Part shown: piece by piece, positions 1 through 13,170 of the stretch
Layout of the letters: the number at the start of each line of letters is the position of its first letter
Numbering within the stretch: the first letter of the stretch is position 1
DNA from: Basidiobolus meristosporus CBS 931.73
Taxonomy: Eukaryota; Fungi; Basidiobolomycota
Reading direction: 5' to 3'
Assembly (NCBI GenBank): GCA_002104905.1
Contig: MCFE01000480.1
Location: 1-64,000, forward strand
DNA: 64,000 bases
The notes under the pieces: generated by a model
What the model was told of the DNA's origin: nothing
Databases searched by the model: none
Seen by the model: the letters and a program-made list of their open reading frames with translations, nothing else
Made by a program: the position numbers and the translations under genes

Positions 1-575
1 TGTTCCACTTCTTCGCTTCCTCTCTGGGAAACTTGGTAACTCTTGAGTTTTGTGGAGATTGGTTTACTTCAGCCCTAACAAACTCCCTTGTGCTGCTTAG
101 GGGCCTACAAGGGCAAGACACCCGATGAGGATTGGTTCATCGACGCAGTGTCTGATTTTGTGATTGACTGGCGCTCAAGCTGGGCCGCAGTATTTTTGAA
201 CCAAAAGGACAAGGCACAATATATTGAAAAGGAGCGGCCCAATAATGTGCAAGTGGTTGAAACATTGCTCGGAAGGCACGGTGGCCCTTACTACCTAAAG
301 GATAACGTAAGTTCGTCATATAATCATAGGGCCCCCCTGACATCTGACTTACCTCCTCCCATGTTCGTAGTTCACCTATGCAGATATTCTGGTCTACCAG
401 ATTCTACATGACGAGGGGCTGCTGAACCAACTTCAGGTAATCTGTGAGCCTCCTTCTTACCACAAGATAGTTGTTGATTCCCCTTTCCTCCCAGAAATAC
501 CCCAATCTTTCCCGGCTAAAGACAGCGGTCGAATCACGGCCACGCCTTGCTGAGTACTTCTCCAAACGGGAGTGA
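1..575 (+). CDS. Glutathione S-transferase, 5'-truncated by the window edge
   Basis: GT-AG exons <1-35, 101-306, 371-436, 495-575 splice in frame to ...LLRFLSGKLGAYKGKTPDEDWFIDAVSD...GGPYYLKDNFTYADILVYQILHDEG...KYPNLSRLKTAVESRPRLAEYFSKRE*, which reads as the end of a GST N-domain plus a GST C-domain. Confidence 0.85.
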
Positions 576-1878
576 GTTTGTGGAATACATGCTGGGGACG
601 CATCTATCTGTGAGCTACTCGATATGCTGTTGCAATGAATCCTGCGCAAAATGATGTGAATAAACCAGAACCGTTTAGTGCGACATTGAAGACGCTGGCA
701 GGCTCGGTAGCACACAGGCCCTAAGCCCACATTCAGCTAACCCTAATCCTGGATGGCTGTATAGGCTAACATCTTGAGCGTATGGTTTCTGGTATACGAG
801 AATGAAATGGGGTGAATCTAAATCAATATTGACTGCCGCATACCAGGGTTTTGGGACTACATGGAAATACCCCTGTTCTCACCATTTGACAATAGCTGGG
901 TGTCAGTAGACATGTGCATCCAAATACGTTGCAGATAACCTTAAGTGGGATATACAGACCTGGCTAGGCATTGGGTCCTGATTCTCTTTTACTTCAGCAG
1001 AGAGGACTTTTACTTGCGGTGGTAGTTGGGGAGGTAGTTTGGCTCTTGCAGTTAGGACAGAATACAGCATATGCTGGGAGGGCACATCAATTGTTTGCAC
1101 AAATACTCTGTAGGAGCCAACTTCCTGTTGAAGTTTGGCATTGATAGGTTTTGTTCTTCACAGTAATAAGAGGCGCCACTGTTTTGATTACATGGCACCA
1201 ATAGTACACCAAAGAGAGCACCGATGCTTGAAAGTACAATAGCAGCGAAAGTGTCGAAGAAGCGCGCTTGATCTTGGTTAGAAGGATTTATGACAGGACC
1301 TTACTGAGTACTTGCATTAGCTTTGCTTGGGTATTTATAACACCGGCTCGGATGGCTCTTACTGTCACCGCCTGTTTTATTCTTGGGATATGACTCTAAA
1401 TTAACTTTCTCAACAGGTGAATCTTATGTGACGATCAAGAGCGCCGGACAAACTTTGCACTACACTGATGCACACTATCCCTGTCTGGACTAGCCGAAGA
1501 TTGCAGAGTGCCTCCAATAATAGAGCGTACTTGCAAGGTTTTTGGGATTCCAACTATTTTCAGTTCGGAGTTGGGTGATGCAGAACTTGGAGGGCTTGCA
1601 AAAAGCCTACATTGTTACTTTCCTTGGTACAGATAGTTAGGGCTACTTTGGCCGGAGAATCGTATTGGCAATAGGCATTATAAAATTAATGCGCACACCC
1701 TACCAACCAGCATGGACTTCATTGAAATGCGATGTGGCATATCATGACGCGTTTTAATGCATACCATGTCTTTGACCCACCAAATCTGAATCTTCCATTA
1801 TTATTAAGTTTAAATTGACGATCTGCACTGTTTATTAACCCATGTGTTTTGGTTGTGTAGCATTGGTAGCGCACTTTG

Positions 1879-2217
1879 CTAGATAATGAAAGGATTTAAA
1901 GTCGTTTGGGAGCCCTCACCACGCCCCATTCTACTCTCGATAGCAGCTACGAGGTAAGCTGTCGATCCGCTTGCCTTATTCAACCATAAGGTCGGCTGGG
2001 GGCTTTGCCCAATAAGATCGCCCTCTACCGGTTCAGCCACGTACAACTTCAACATCCGCTCGCCAGAGCGGACAACTAGGTGATGGCGTTCCTTTGTATA
2101 GAAGACCCAGTATGAACCATTTACCCAGAAGGCCCGACAAAAAACTTCAGCACTTACTGATCGTTGGTATAAATAGTGAAATGGACTTTCATAAGTGCTG
2201 TAGGCGGCACAGGGCAT
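1879..2217 (-). CDS. Possible exon of a hypothetical protein
   Basis: 112-codon open frame in CpG-rich DNA with protein-like composition; no recognisable motif and no confident splice model. Confidence 0.2.
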   Translation of the reverse strand: MPCAAYSTYESPFHYLYQRSVSAEVFCRAFWVNGSYWVFYTKERHHLVVRSGERMLKLYVAEPVEGDLIGQSPQPTLWLNKASGSTAYLVAAIESRMGRGEGSQTTLNPFII

Positions 2218-3061
2218 CCCTTTCGGTCTTCGCGATTGGATGGCATCTGGAATGACTAGCCTGCTGCTGGCTCTGGTGATAGTATAGCAACAATATACCC
2301 ATATTTATGCATTTATCAATGGTAACTAGCATTGATTCCGAGCGGTATCGCTTACTCTACCGTAACATGACAACGCGTTTAACGATTGATGACACAGCAA
2401 GGAGGACTCGTGGAGATGATGTTGGAGTCAATGCAACTTTATTGGTTCAGGACACACGGGTTGCTCCGAATCTTTAGCCACATTGCTAGCATGAATCCCT
2501 TGTCCATATAGCCAGTCGGCGGCGATAGGTCAATAGGATTGTGTCATGCTGAAGTATGGACTACGTGCATGGCTAACCCGCGGAATTTTGAATATCACAG
2601 GATTCCCCGCGCACATAACCAGTCTTGTCCAAAATAACGAAATCAGGCCAATCCCTCTCAGCTGGCCTGAGGTTATCGGATTTACATCGCACTTGATTAG
2701 TGATGCTCGGTATCATAAGGGGACCATGACAATGCATGGTTCGCAAGTGCCCTGACCATGTTCTTGAGCTCCGCCCAAAATAAATTGTAGCAAGTTTGGC
2801 GTGCAGTTACATTGTTGGTTAAATATATCGAGCCAGTCTCACACAAGGTAGACTAATTATGCAAATCCGCAGTCTCTTGATCCTATCTGCTCCGTTCTTA
2901 TTGTAAAGATTTCATATTAAGTAGTAGATGGTGCTGCATGTGACGTTATACGTGTTTCTTGGATGAGACATTTATTCATCGACTTAGCGCACTCCACCAG
3001 ATCCTGAGAGTCTATAAATGCTGGTTTAGATGCGAATCACTTTAAGAATTTCCATACCATC

Positions 3062-4393
3062 ATGAATGCAAGCAAGCTCTCGCTACTGGCACCAAAGCAT
3101 CCTATTCGTTGTCCATTTGCAACCCGTGCAAACTCCCCTCTACGCCCTCTCTTGCTGCGTTCCACTTTGGCACATTCACGCATGATAAATTTCAAGCCCC
3201 AAGTGGACGAGGACGATATTGTTAATCCCGAAAGGTATACAATACCTTCAGAACTGCTTCAGGATATTCACCCCAAGGCTATTCGCAATGATTTCATATC
3301 TCGAAAGCTTTCTTCGAAAGAGCTTGAAGATTTGGATATCGGTTTGACCAAACACCGAGTTCCCATCACCATAAGTGACAAGGTGGCTCTCTACATTGTC
3401 AAAGCTCTACGTATCCCCTCCGACCTCTTTTTTCGTAAGAAATACCTGCATCGTGCTGTTGTATGTAAAGGAGCTAGATTGTGAGCTTATGCAAGCACTG
3501 AATTTCAATTGCTATAGGCCCTAGAAACGGTGGCTGCGGTACCTGGCATGGTTGGAGGTTAGTTATCCGAAAAACATAGGCCTTGAATATTATTTGACTA
3601 GATCCCTCTTTAGGCGTGATTCGCCACTTGAGAAGTCTCCGTAAAATGGATCATGACGGAGGTAAGATTCCCGGACAGAAGTTTATAGTAAGGAAAGAAT
3701 ACTTATCGCAAGCCCTTAGGCTGGATCACACATTTGCTTCACGAAGCTGAGAATGAGAGGTAATTGGTGGCTTTCAAATATCCTTGAAAGAACCCGCTAT
3801 TCAGCGACGAGCCTTTTCTCATGCCCAGAATGCATCTGCTCACATGGATGAAAGTGTGCCAACCTACTGTACTCGAACGTTTGTTGGTTACAGCAGTACA
3901 GGTTTGCAAATCGGCCACCTTCTTGAAAAGCCTGAACTCATTAGTGTTCTAATAGGGCGTGTTTTTCAACTGCTTCTTCCTCGTTTATCTGTGTACTCCG
4001 AGGACTGCGCATAGGTGATACTTAATTTGATGCTTGTTTGCCAACGATCAGCTCCGCTTATCTGGTTATTTTAGAGTGGTTGGCTACCTCGAGGAGGAGG
4101 CCGTGATCTCATACACTAGATTCCTACAGGAGATAGACAACGGACACATTAAGAACCAACCAGCACCCAGGATCGCCATTGATTATTGGAACTTAACGCA
4201 AGACGCTACTCTCCGAGACGTTGTGCTTGCCGTTCGCGCTGATGAAGCCCTACATAGAGACACGAATCACCACTTCTCAGACCGGATAGTGTTGGACAAG
4301 CAGGATCTCCGCCAGGAGCTTTCGCAGAAAGAAATATCCAAAATCTCTCGAACCAAAATGACTGGTAAAGACGAAGAGATCTTACAGTCCTGA
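3062..4393 (+). CDS. AOX: Mitochondrial alternative oxidase, ~325 aa
   Basis: Exons 3062-3460, 3518-3557, 3614-3661, 3720-3759, 3829-3901, 3956-4014, 4075-4393 (978 nt, all GT-AG). Motifs [36 protein letters not shown]; basic N-terminal presequence-like leader. Confidence 0.97.
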
Positions 4394-5051
4394 AGGCCTA
4401 GTGAACTGCAGCCCTGATTTTTAGCAAATATCGTTGAAATTTGCAATAATGCATTAATAAAATAAATTTGAAGCAATCTCCACAATTGGAAAGTGATTTT
4501 TAGTAATTTGGGATCGTACTAATCATTTGTTGGAAATGCTCAGGATTTTCCAGAATCAAGCAAGATTAGCCATAACAACCACGGGCTGAGTCAATCCTCA
4601 TACCACTGAAATGCGGATGCGGACTACGCTGAGCGCCGGCTTTTCTTGCAGCATTGATCATTCCAGATCACTTCTGTACCAGTATCATTTGATAAAGAAT
4701 GCTACATTCGTATTCAGGCTAAGGGTTACATTTAGTTTCGACTAGACTACCTCGAATCTTTCAGCGTGGTTGAGGAAACAGCCATTGATTTCCAGCATCT
4801 ATACGAGCAGCTTGCCAAGCTTTTTGGTTCATTGCAAAGCTAGGAATCCATCATTGACTAGTTGCGTTGAGTGTTGCGCACTCAGTGCTGAACGAAAGTG
4901 ATATACGGGAACACCACAAGCCGGCATACTAATACTACCTCAAACAAACGATAGACAGTCTCTGAAAAAACTATTTTATTGAGATAGGATAGCCTCTAAT
5001 TGAGTATACGCCGACCCAAGTTGTTTACAGAAAGCATTTAGTCGTAGCTCC

Positions 5052-5420
5052 TTAGGCAGAAGCAGGAGTTTGCTTCTGAGCTTGAGTACCCTCACGGAAA
5101 CCATTCTTGAAGCGACGTGAGACATCCTTAAGGTATCTCATACGGCCAGTGCCAGTGGTCTTTCTGCGCTTAGCCTTCTGGCCCCAGTTGAAGCTGCGAA
5201 TCTTGGCAGCAGGATAACCGCAAGAAGCGCAAGTCTTCTTTTGGTTGTGGAAAGAGCGCTTACCACAACGACGGCAGAGAGTGTGCGACTTGGTGTGACG
5301 CTTACCAAAACTTTGGGTACCCTTAGTCTACAGATTCAACGAAGCAGCATATTAGTCATCAGTCAGGGCACTCAGAAGCGTCGAGAAGGTCGCAATGAAT
5401 GGATGAAACATACGTACCAT
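5052..5420 (-). CDS. RPL37: 60S ribosomal protein L37 (eL37), 92 aa
   Basis: ATG-only exon 5418-5420, intron 5328-5417 (GTACGT..TAG), exon 5052-5327: [68 protein letters not shown], with the C4 zinc finger. Confidence 0.98.
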
Positions 5421-7326
5421 GATGGATGAAAGTAATCAAAACAACCTCAAACGGGCGTGAAAGAGAGGGAATTTTTCAGAGCAAACATTCATTTTATTAC
5501 TCCCCCCAGCGGGACTGGACACTGACCGCCAATGATTGGATCCCATGGATGATCCTCGATTTTTTTTAGCGTCCTTCGTGATATTTTACCGGATCTAGAT
5601 CTCAAAAAAATCCTGCAGATCAAGGTGCGCAAAATCCCTAAATTTCCTCTCCCAAGGCCTCTCTCACAACGTATTGGGGGTTGCTGGGCAGAGGTTTGCC
5701 GCTGAAGAGTCTACGCCCATGCGCCCCAACGACTCCAATGCCCCCACGGTCTCCCTCGAATTTCTCTGGAAGGAACGCACATCAGCAGACACGCGGTATC
5801 CAGTGCTTTTTATCCTGACAAGTGGTTGGTATCGTGCGCCGAGGATATTACAGATAAGCGTTTATCATTCTCCCAAATTTATCCCGCTGATAGCCAAATC
5901 CGGGCGGCCCTGCTGTCTCGTGCAAGCACGCATTTTAGGCTCCCATCGATATTTAAAAGCAGAGTCCGTCCCACCCAGCCACTACACTAGCAGGTCGGCA
6001 ATGCGCATCCCTGTCTAGGATTGTCCAGGTGTCCAACTACCACAACTTGCTGGCCATACTCAATCCACGGCTCAGTATCAAGCCATCACTCAGTTGGTAT
6101 AACCTTGGCCAACCGGAACCTAATCTAGGTTCGGGCCTTTCATATTTCTCCTGTTGTCACCACCAAGCAGGAAGAATAATGCGCTTACTGAGCTCAAGAC
6201 GTCGGTTGTTTATCTTGCTCGCCACGCTTCCCCGTATCATGAAACCTCTTGGGCCCACAAAGACTTTTTCTATCGAATCAACGATAGGATATTTTGATTC
6301 TGATTTGCAAGCTGTCATCGCTGGGAACGCAACAATGGTCACGGGCAAATCAACGATTGTACAGGTTACGAATCTAACCAAGGTTTCACCACATTTGCCC
6401 GCTGCTGATGCGCAACCACCTCAAGGCCATCTGAGGTGAAACACCCAAGCCGGCGGGTAAACCTCAAATGGTTTTGGAGAGTCGGTTATTGCTCCGTGAG
6501 AGATTGCTCCTCTTCCCATCGAGTCTCACCACACGCGTTTAATTGATATTTCTGTGCTAAGCTTTACTCTAACACTACCCCCGACCTGAGAGTCCATGGA
6601 TGGCTGCCTACTTGTTGCCCATCTGAAATATGCTCAAGGGAAAGAATATTCCCGATATCGCGGCTAGTGGAGGCAGCAGAGATTTGCCTTGTGCCAATCC
6701 CAAGCCAGGTCCATATTCCATTTCGATAGCGTCCAGGTGATGCTGCTAAGAATGGCTGGAATACTAGACAGTCACATCGGTAGGGATGTATGTCAACAAG
6801 TTTCCCCCCTAAGTATTCTGGTTTGTATGACATGGCAGCTCCATTTATGCACCTATGCACCATGGACATGCGTAGTTGTCCGACAATCAAGATAAACAGT
6901 TTCGGCATAGATGAACTGCAACATGTCAGCTGATAGAATTCTAGAAGATTCTACGTATGGGAGGTTGAGGCGGTGGTGAGGTGTGAGCACATTGAAACGG
7001 CTTCGCACGAGCTAACATAGTAACAGCTGCGCTCTTTGGAGAAATACAAATAACCACTTGCCCAAGGCTCGCGATGATACCAGCAGTAGTTGGCTGCAAG
7101 ATTCACCATCACTGGAAGTATGTTCTAGTTCAACTGAATGTTCCCGCGTTAACTGCGATTCAATACTGGGCTTGAGGCGGAAGCGCGGGATGGAAACGAG
7201 GGGTTGACGAATAATTCGAAGTTTATATAATACATGGAATAATAGTGATGAATGGAAGTTTGTTCGTAAATAGGAAAGGCACCAGGCGATGTATGGTGAG
7301 GAAAGTACATCTGAGCAGGTAGACGC

Positions 7327-7764
7327 TTAGCATCTAGGCTTGCCGTTGGGATACTTGAGCTGGTAGTCCTTCTCTCTCTTGAAGAGGAGAATGTGTGGCT
7401 CAGGGGCTAGAAAAGGTTGGTCAGTACGAACGCACCATCATGACAGACAGTAAGTAGCACACACCATGCACCATGTAATGCTCCCAACCAGGGGATTGGG
7501 TCACACCCAGAGCTCTCCATTCCTCCTCGCTCATCAAATGCTTGGGTACGTATTTTACAAGAGCTTTGGGAAGGGTGACATGTCTGAATTCATACTCATC
7601 ATCTGTCACAACAAGTTAGACTTAACGGAAACAAGCTGTGACAAACACCGATATTTACCAGAGTATCTGTCAGAGTAGTAAATCTGGTCCTGATATTTGG
7701 CGATATCCATCTGCTTCTGCTCCTCTTTGCTGCGAGAAAGAGCCTTTTTGCCAGCGTCCAACAT
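7327..7764 (-). CDS. CKS1: Cyclin-dependent kinase regulatory subunit Cks1/Suc1, 107 aa
   Basis: Exons 7659-7764, 7465-7602, 7327-7406: ...[21 protein letters not shown]...[35 protein letters not shown]. Confidence 0.97.
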
Positions 7765-8212
7765 GTTTGGTAAACAGAACAACGAAATCTATGTACGAGA
7801 AATGCGAGAGGCTTCGCCCGGGTCAGCAATGGTAAAGGTTGCTAGGAGAAATTTCCTTCATCCAATGCCAGCCTATCGAAACTTATAAACGATCTTGACG
7901 ATTCCCGCTCAGAAAAAAAATCCCCCTTTGTCAAAACAAACACCTGAAAACATAAACAAACCCAATTTGGTTTCTCCATTAAATGTGGATCCGTCTGACG
8001 ATGCCCAATCAATTCCATGGAAGCGCCCTTTGTGCGTCCTTGATGAATGAATATCAAAGGTGTCACGTGTGATACAAGCCATTCTCCATGACGGCCGATG
8101 TCGTTGAAAACGTCCGTTTTGGCTCACACGCTGGACCTAATGCTAATGATTCCGGAGAACAGTTCTCTGGGAGTGTTTTACTGATTGAATGCATATTCGG
8201 GGGAATTGGGTT

Positions 8213-9165
8213 TTAGCCAAGGTGGTCAATAAATCTGCCAACAAATCGCATAAATTCCTGCTGCGCCTGGGGCTGCGAGACAGCATGATCGGCTCCATCG
8301 AGGATCGTTGTCATGGCCAGCTTTGGGCAGGCGGACTGGATCTTCGCCAACAGGCTGGCTTTGTCGATACCATCGTCCATGTACTCGTCCTTGCCAGACA
8401 GTGCTATAGAAATGGGTGTCGCCACTGCCGTGTATATCTGGGCTAGCTCTAGTTCACTTAGATCGCTGGAAAACATGTCGTCGTCACCACTAGGGCGGAG
8501 ACCGGTTAATGCAGGAAAGAGGCAAGAGGGGAGGGAATACCAACCCGTGAGCGGCAAGTGAATGGAAGCGGTATGCGGAGGTTGGCGTGTCCGGATCTAC
8601 CTCACGCGGCATCAGCTCCTCGCCTTTGCCTTGCTGGACTAGTCTGGAGGCATGGTCCAGGTGTTTTTGAAAGTCAGCCACTGCGTGGACCATGTACTCC
8701 CGATCGGATACTGCGCCCTGTAGAATGCAACCAGCAACATGCTCCCTCAATTTACCGTTGGTCACATACCAGATGGCATCCTGGCATCCTATTTCCCAAA
8801 GATGAATATTCAAGTGGAAAGAAGCGGGTGGCAAGCTATTTACCCGTAGAATGACCCAATAGAACAATCTTCTTTTTGCCCTTTTTGTTCACTAGATACT
8901 CAATCAGCTCGTCAATTTCTGAGGCATCTTTACTCAACGAGCTGACGCCATAGCCATGGTATGAGCTGGATAGAAGCACTTGTACCAAAGAATATCCCAA
9001 GCGGTTGACCGTGTCATTCAGAACAGGCAGGTAGGGCACCGCATGAAAGCCATCAGTCAGACCGGCAATGAAAACAACACAGCCAGGAGAGCTTGCGTCC
9101 CCACTCTCGAAACCAACCAAACGACTGGTGGAACTATACTGGAAAAGCGTACCCGACAACTCCAT
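8213..9165 (-). CDS. DUF1749/UPF0613-family alpha/beta hydrolase (SidJ-like esterase fold), ~280 aa
   Basis: Exons 8844-9165, 8545-8788, 8213-8489 (843 nt). Motifs VFIAGLTDG, nucleophile elbow GHSTGCQD, LQGAVSDRE, GDDDMFSSDL, catalytic GADH. Confidence 0.88.
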
Positions 9166-10352
9166 ATGAAAATGCTAGCTTACGTACCAACTGCAAAGAG
9201 AACACACACCATATTCCCACGAATGACGGGATTTATGATTCCTCGCAATCTGCCGATCCGAAGCCATGGTGCCTAATACGATTAGCTGAGAATTTTACGA
9301 CTGATGCGGCTGCTCGACTGGCCGATATTTGCGACGCTGCTCAGCTGCCCAGACGATTCAATGAGGAAATTGATCGTAGCAGATTCATCGATTAACCAAG
9401 AATTCATCACCCGGCCCTGCGGCGACGGTTATGGGGAACGTTGGCAAGGTGGATCCTCAAGAAGCAAGTGGATAGGCCGCCATGCCTCCAAGCCTTTATA
9501 GACCCTTTTGTCGACAGGGCGAATGGTCGATGGGGCTCACCCGGAGCGAAATTGCGACTGGCCCTTGATTGGATCGACAGCAGGAATGCCAAGAAATCCT
9601 TGGCAGCACACTAAGAATATAATGGCTTTAATGAGAATGGACCGCAACCTCGCGGCCAATCAGGGGTCGGGAAAATACAGAGAGTTCGGGGGTGTCGAGT
9701 ATTGACGATGGAACTGGTGCTGATTTCGTGCGGTATCACGTCAACGGCGGCCATGAGTGGAGTGCTCACTCGTGGTAACTGAAGGGCCTATGGTGATTAA
9801 TCTTGTTTAAGTTAACCATTGAAACGGCGGGAGATTTGTTAGCTGGCCTTCACCGTACTCCGATTGACTGGTTAGCTGAGCCAATGCTAAATCCAGTTGG
9901 CAAAAGTCTTGGCAGATCTTGGCATCGCTTCCCACCCTAGTCAATTTTGACTAGATTCGTTTGCAATACTAACTGATTTAGATAAGACTAGTTGATTGAT
10001 TTGGACTCGTCCCGGGTGATCCATTATTTTCTTGGCTGTAGGTGCCAGTGGAGGCGGATCCCAAACCTTCTCATCCTCCCTTTAAATTGGCCGGCCTCGC
10101 TCTCAGACGGGGTTTTCTCTTGGAACAAGATTGATTTCTGCTAGTATTAAAGAGACGCCGCAAACTCCATTTCTTTTGACACAGTAGCTCAACTTTATCT
10201 AGAACGTAGTGTAGTGAAAGTCATTTCTCAGTAGGATAAGGGTCAAAGCTTTACATATCAACTTATCTACTCATATACATCCTCACTTGTTACGTGCATG
10301 AATCTTCCCGTTTTGCCAAACCACTACCCCACTAGTGTAAGCTACTTCACCG

Positions 10353-11111
10353 ATGACCATGGAGCTGAAACAGAAGAGCATAGCGCGCTCAATTGACAGG
10401 AAAAACGAGTTTCTGGATCTTGCCATTGGTAAGTCTCTCGATGGGAGCCGCTTCGTTTGCTCTCCAGGTATACCCACCCCCTAGTCCTCTAACGCTTTAC
10501 CCGATTCTATTTGCGGTGCGAACGCTCTAGACTTTGCCGTGCTAACTCTACACTCGATATGCTCTGAGCCCAATAACCCACTCTCCCTTAAGAAATTCAT
10601 CCGTCAAATGGTCCTTTATTCCGGGACCACCTACTCGACCCTCCTCACCTCGATACTCTATCTATTCCGACTGAACAGCATGAAGAACGAGTTTAACTAT
10701 TTAACCCACTTTCGAACCAACCACCCCGCCGCCCCGGCCATTTCGCGCGCAGCCAGAGTGTTTCTGGCTTCGCTGATCACCGCCCACAAATACTTGCACG
10801 ACCGCACCACCTCTACCAAGGCCTGGTCCAAACTCTCCAACGTCCCGATCGTGCTGCTGAAAACGGATGAGATAGAGTTCTTGAAGACCATCAAGTTTCA
10901 GCTGTTTGTCACGACGTGTACTTTTGAGAAGTGGTCCATTCTTTTACGAAACACCGTGACAAGCAGACCCACCCCAATTGTACCAGCTCCAGTCCAGCCC
11001 AGCCACTCTCATCCTCCCCTAACCAAGTTAACCAAAGCCCATGTGTCGTTCCACCCATACCTAAGGGCCCCAAAGCAAGACTACTACGAAAAGGTCCCCT
11101 CACTATACTAA
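10353..11111 (+). CDS. Pho80/Pcl-like cyclin (cyclin box), ~218 aa
   Basis: Exons 10353-10428 and 10531-11111 join in frame. Cyclin-box-like segments FIRQMVLYSGTTYSTLLTSILYLFRL and RVFLASLITAHKYLHDRTTSTKAWSKLS...EIEFLKTIKFQL. The first exon is less certain. Confidence 0.8.
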
Positions 11112-13170
11112 GTAAATGCTGGTTCTTTCGTCTGGAGGCTTTCCTTCTATTTCCCTTTAGTATCGTGCCCATTTGGCTGGCATTGCTAGGTGTGGCTGCA
11201 TCGATTCTCTGTTGCCCTTGCCACCTGATGTCTGTACATAACTGATCCCCCGTCACATGATATAAATCGGATGATTTCTGTGCATCTCGATGGAGTGTGC
11301 GAGTGTTGGTGGGTGACTTGGTCGTGGATGGTCGGTCCTATATGTTGGTCACGGAGCTCAACAACGTTGCTGGCGAAATCCACCCTGTCTTACCCTCTCC
11401 CGCACCGCACCGCACCGCTCCATCTCTTCCACTTCTCCCACTCCCACTCCTGTGTGTTCCAAGGGCGAAACTCCGGTTCTATTCCCCATCCAATGCGAGC
11501 TGTGCCTCCAAAGACATGTGCGTGGTTTATGACTAGGGTTAAGGCAGGACACAGACGCCTACATCATCAGAATGACGGAGGCGAAGAGCAGGAATCTCCT
11601 GCGCTACTTGGCATTGGCTCTATACACATCCGTATTGCCAACCGATCCCTCCCACGATGGATTCAACCAACACCAAGCCATCTACAAACCAATGCTGTAT
11701 CAATGGACCACTGATTGGCATCAGGGGGTTGATACCGCACATGGTCCTGTACCGCCCTTGTTGGGCCCAACGTTTAGTCAGACTCGAGGGGATACTCTTG
11801 AATTTATTACTTTTTTTTTGGGGGGGGGGCAATCTCAACACTGCTGGTGACCTCCCCGCCATCTCCATTACCTCGTAGCAGGGATGGCCTTGTGTGGTGT
11901 GTCGGTCGGGCTCGAGGCTTGCTCAACCTCCCCACCGTCTTTGGGTCGGGATTCGGCCGATTACGTGGACGGCATGTTAGAGATATTTCGCCACCGTTTC
12001 CCATAGGATTGGGGTGGCTATGAGGGACCACTGCTTGGCGACTAGGGTGCAGGCGTGGAGTGTGTGTAGGTCTGAGGCTTGCTGTAGGTTGCGAAAGATT
12101 CGCTCCAGAAGCTCAGGAGGTGGTTGGAAAGAGGACATGGGTGAGCTCAGGCACAGCTGTCTTGCATATATCCAGGCGGCTCTCCAACGGTGCTCAGCAG
12201 TCGAAGACAGTCACGAAACGGTCGATGTCTCAGGAGGGGAAAGGGTGAGAGACTTCAGAGAATGGGAACAAGTCGATCTTATCTGGTTGGGGGAGGGAGT
12301 GAGGTCATCCATGCTCTCCGGTACACCAAACAAGATGTGCCAGATTCCCTCATAATCTGTGGCATGCTGCATCTTAGCGCATCAACCGGTGTGTGCGTAC
12401 AGTTTCAAGCCGACGAGTTGATTGGAGCGGATTAAATGTATGGTTGGCGAGCAGTTTGCTCCGCTGTGGATGGATGAATGTTCGACTCATCCATACCGCC
12501 TGGGGGAGGGTGGTTTGTTGGGATTGGGAGAGTTCAAGCTTCATCGAATCTCCGTGAAACTCGTCTCCACTTCTGGTCCTAATGACGTCTGTTCCTGGCC
12601 CTAAAGTGGAAGGACGAAATGGATCAGTGCATTATCGCGCTGCGATAGGGAAATTGGTCACGGCCGTGGTCCACTCGCAACTGACTGTTGTGTCGAGTGA
12701 ACATGCGTTTGGGCGAGGGAAGGCTCGTTCAAAGAAGGCAGCCGGCCTCAGCAGAAGAGGAGCGAGCCAGCCAAGCCATCCAACGAGTCCGCTAGTGGCA
12801 AAGCCTTGGTTGGTTAGTGAAACTACGCAACCACGGACACGCTGGATTTGGCTCGTTATGCAAACAACCATCTCCAAGTGAATCCTGTGTTCACTTCTGT
12901 AGCAACCAAATGCTCGTTGTTTCCTCTGTCAAGTACGGATCACATGGTTGGTGACACGATGAATCCCAGCAACCAATTTCCATACCATTTCAATCTCCCA
13001 ACCACCAATCACAGCCCAGCGAAATTTCATGTTCCTCGAGCGGAGCAGTTCATTTATTATCAATCAATCAATCAGGTTCGTGTAATCAGTAATCATATTA
13101 AGTTGGCAAAATCGATGGTATTTCAAGGGCGCGGAGTCGCGCCCGTTGATGACAAAACCTCCGGATCCGT

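Noticed and set aside
903-1317. Possible small membrane protein on the minus strand (hydrophobic FAAIVLSSIGALFGVLFGA joined to ORF 903-1100)
   Set aside because: Needs two 32-36 nt introns, the TATA-like box is only ~15 nt from the ATG, and there is no recognisable homology.
5328-5417. TGATGA and CTGA motifs in the RPL37 intron (possible C/D snoRNA)
   Set aside because: Boxes are in the wrong order and there is no terminal stem.
7327-11111. CKS1 and a cyclin within 4 kb as a cell-cycle cluster
   Set aside because: An unrelated hydrolase lies between them and Pcl-type cyclins partner Pho85-type kinases; proximity is expected in a dense gene island.
12438-12497. tRNA-like hairpin with a B-box match GTTCGACTC
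   Set aside because: Too short, no D or anticodon arms, poor A box; no cloverleaf can be drawn.
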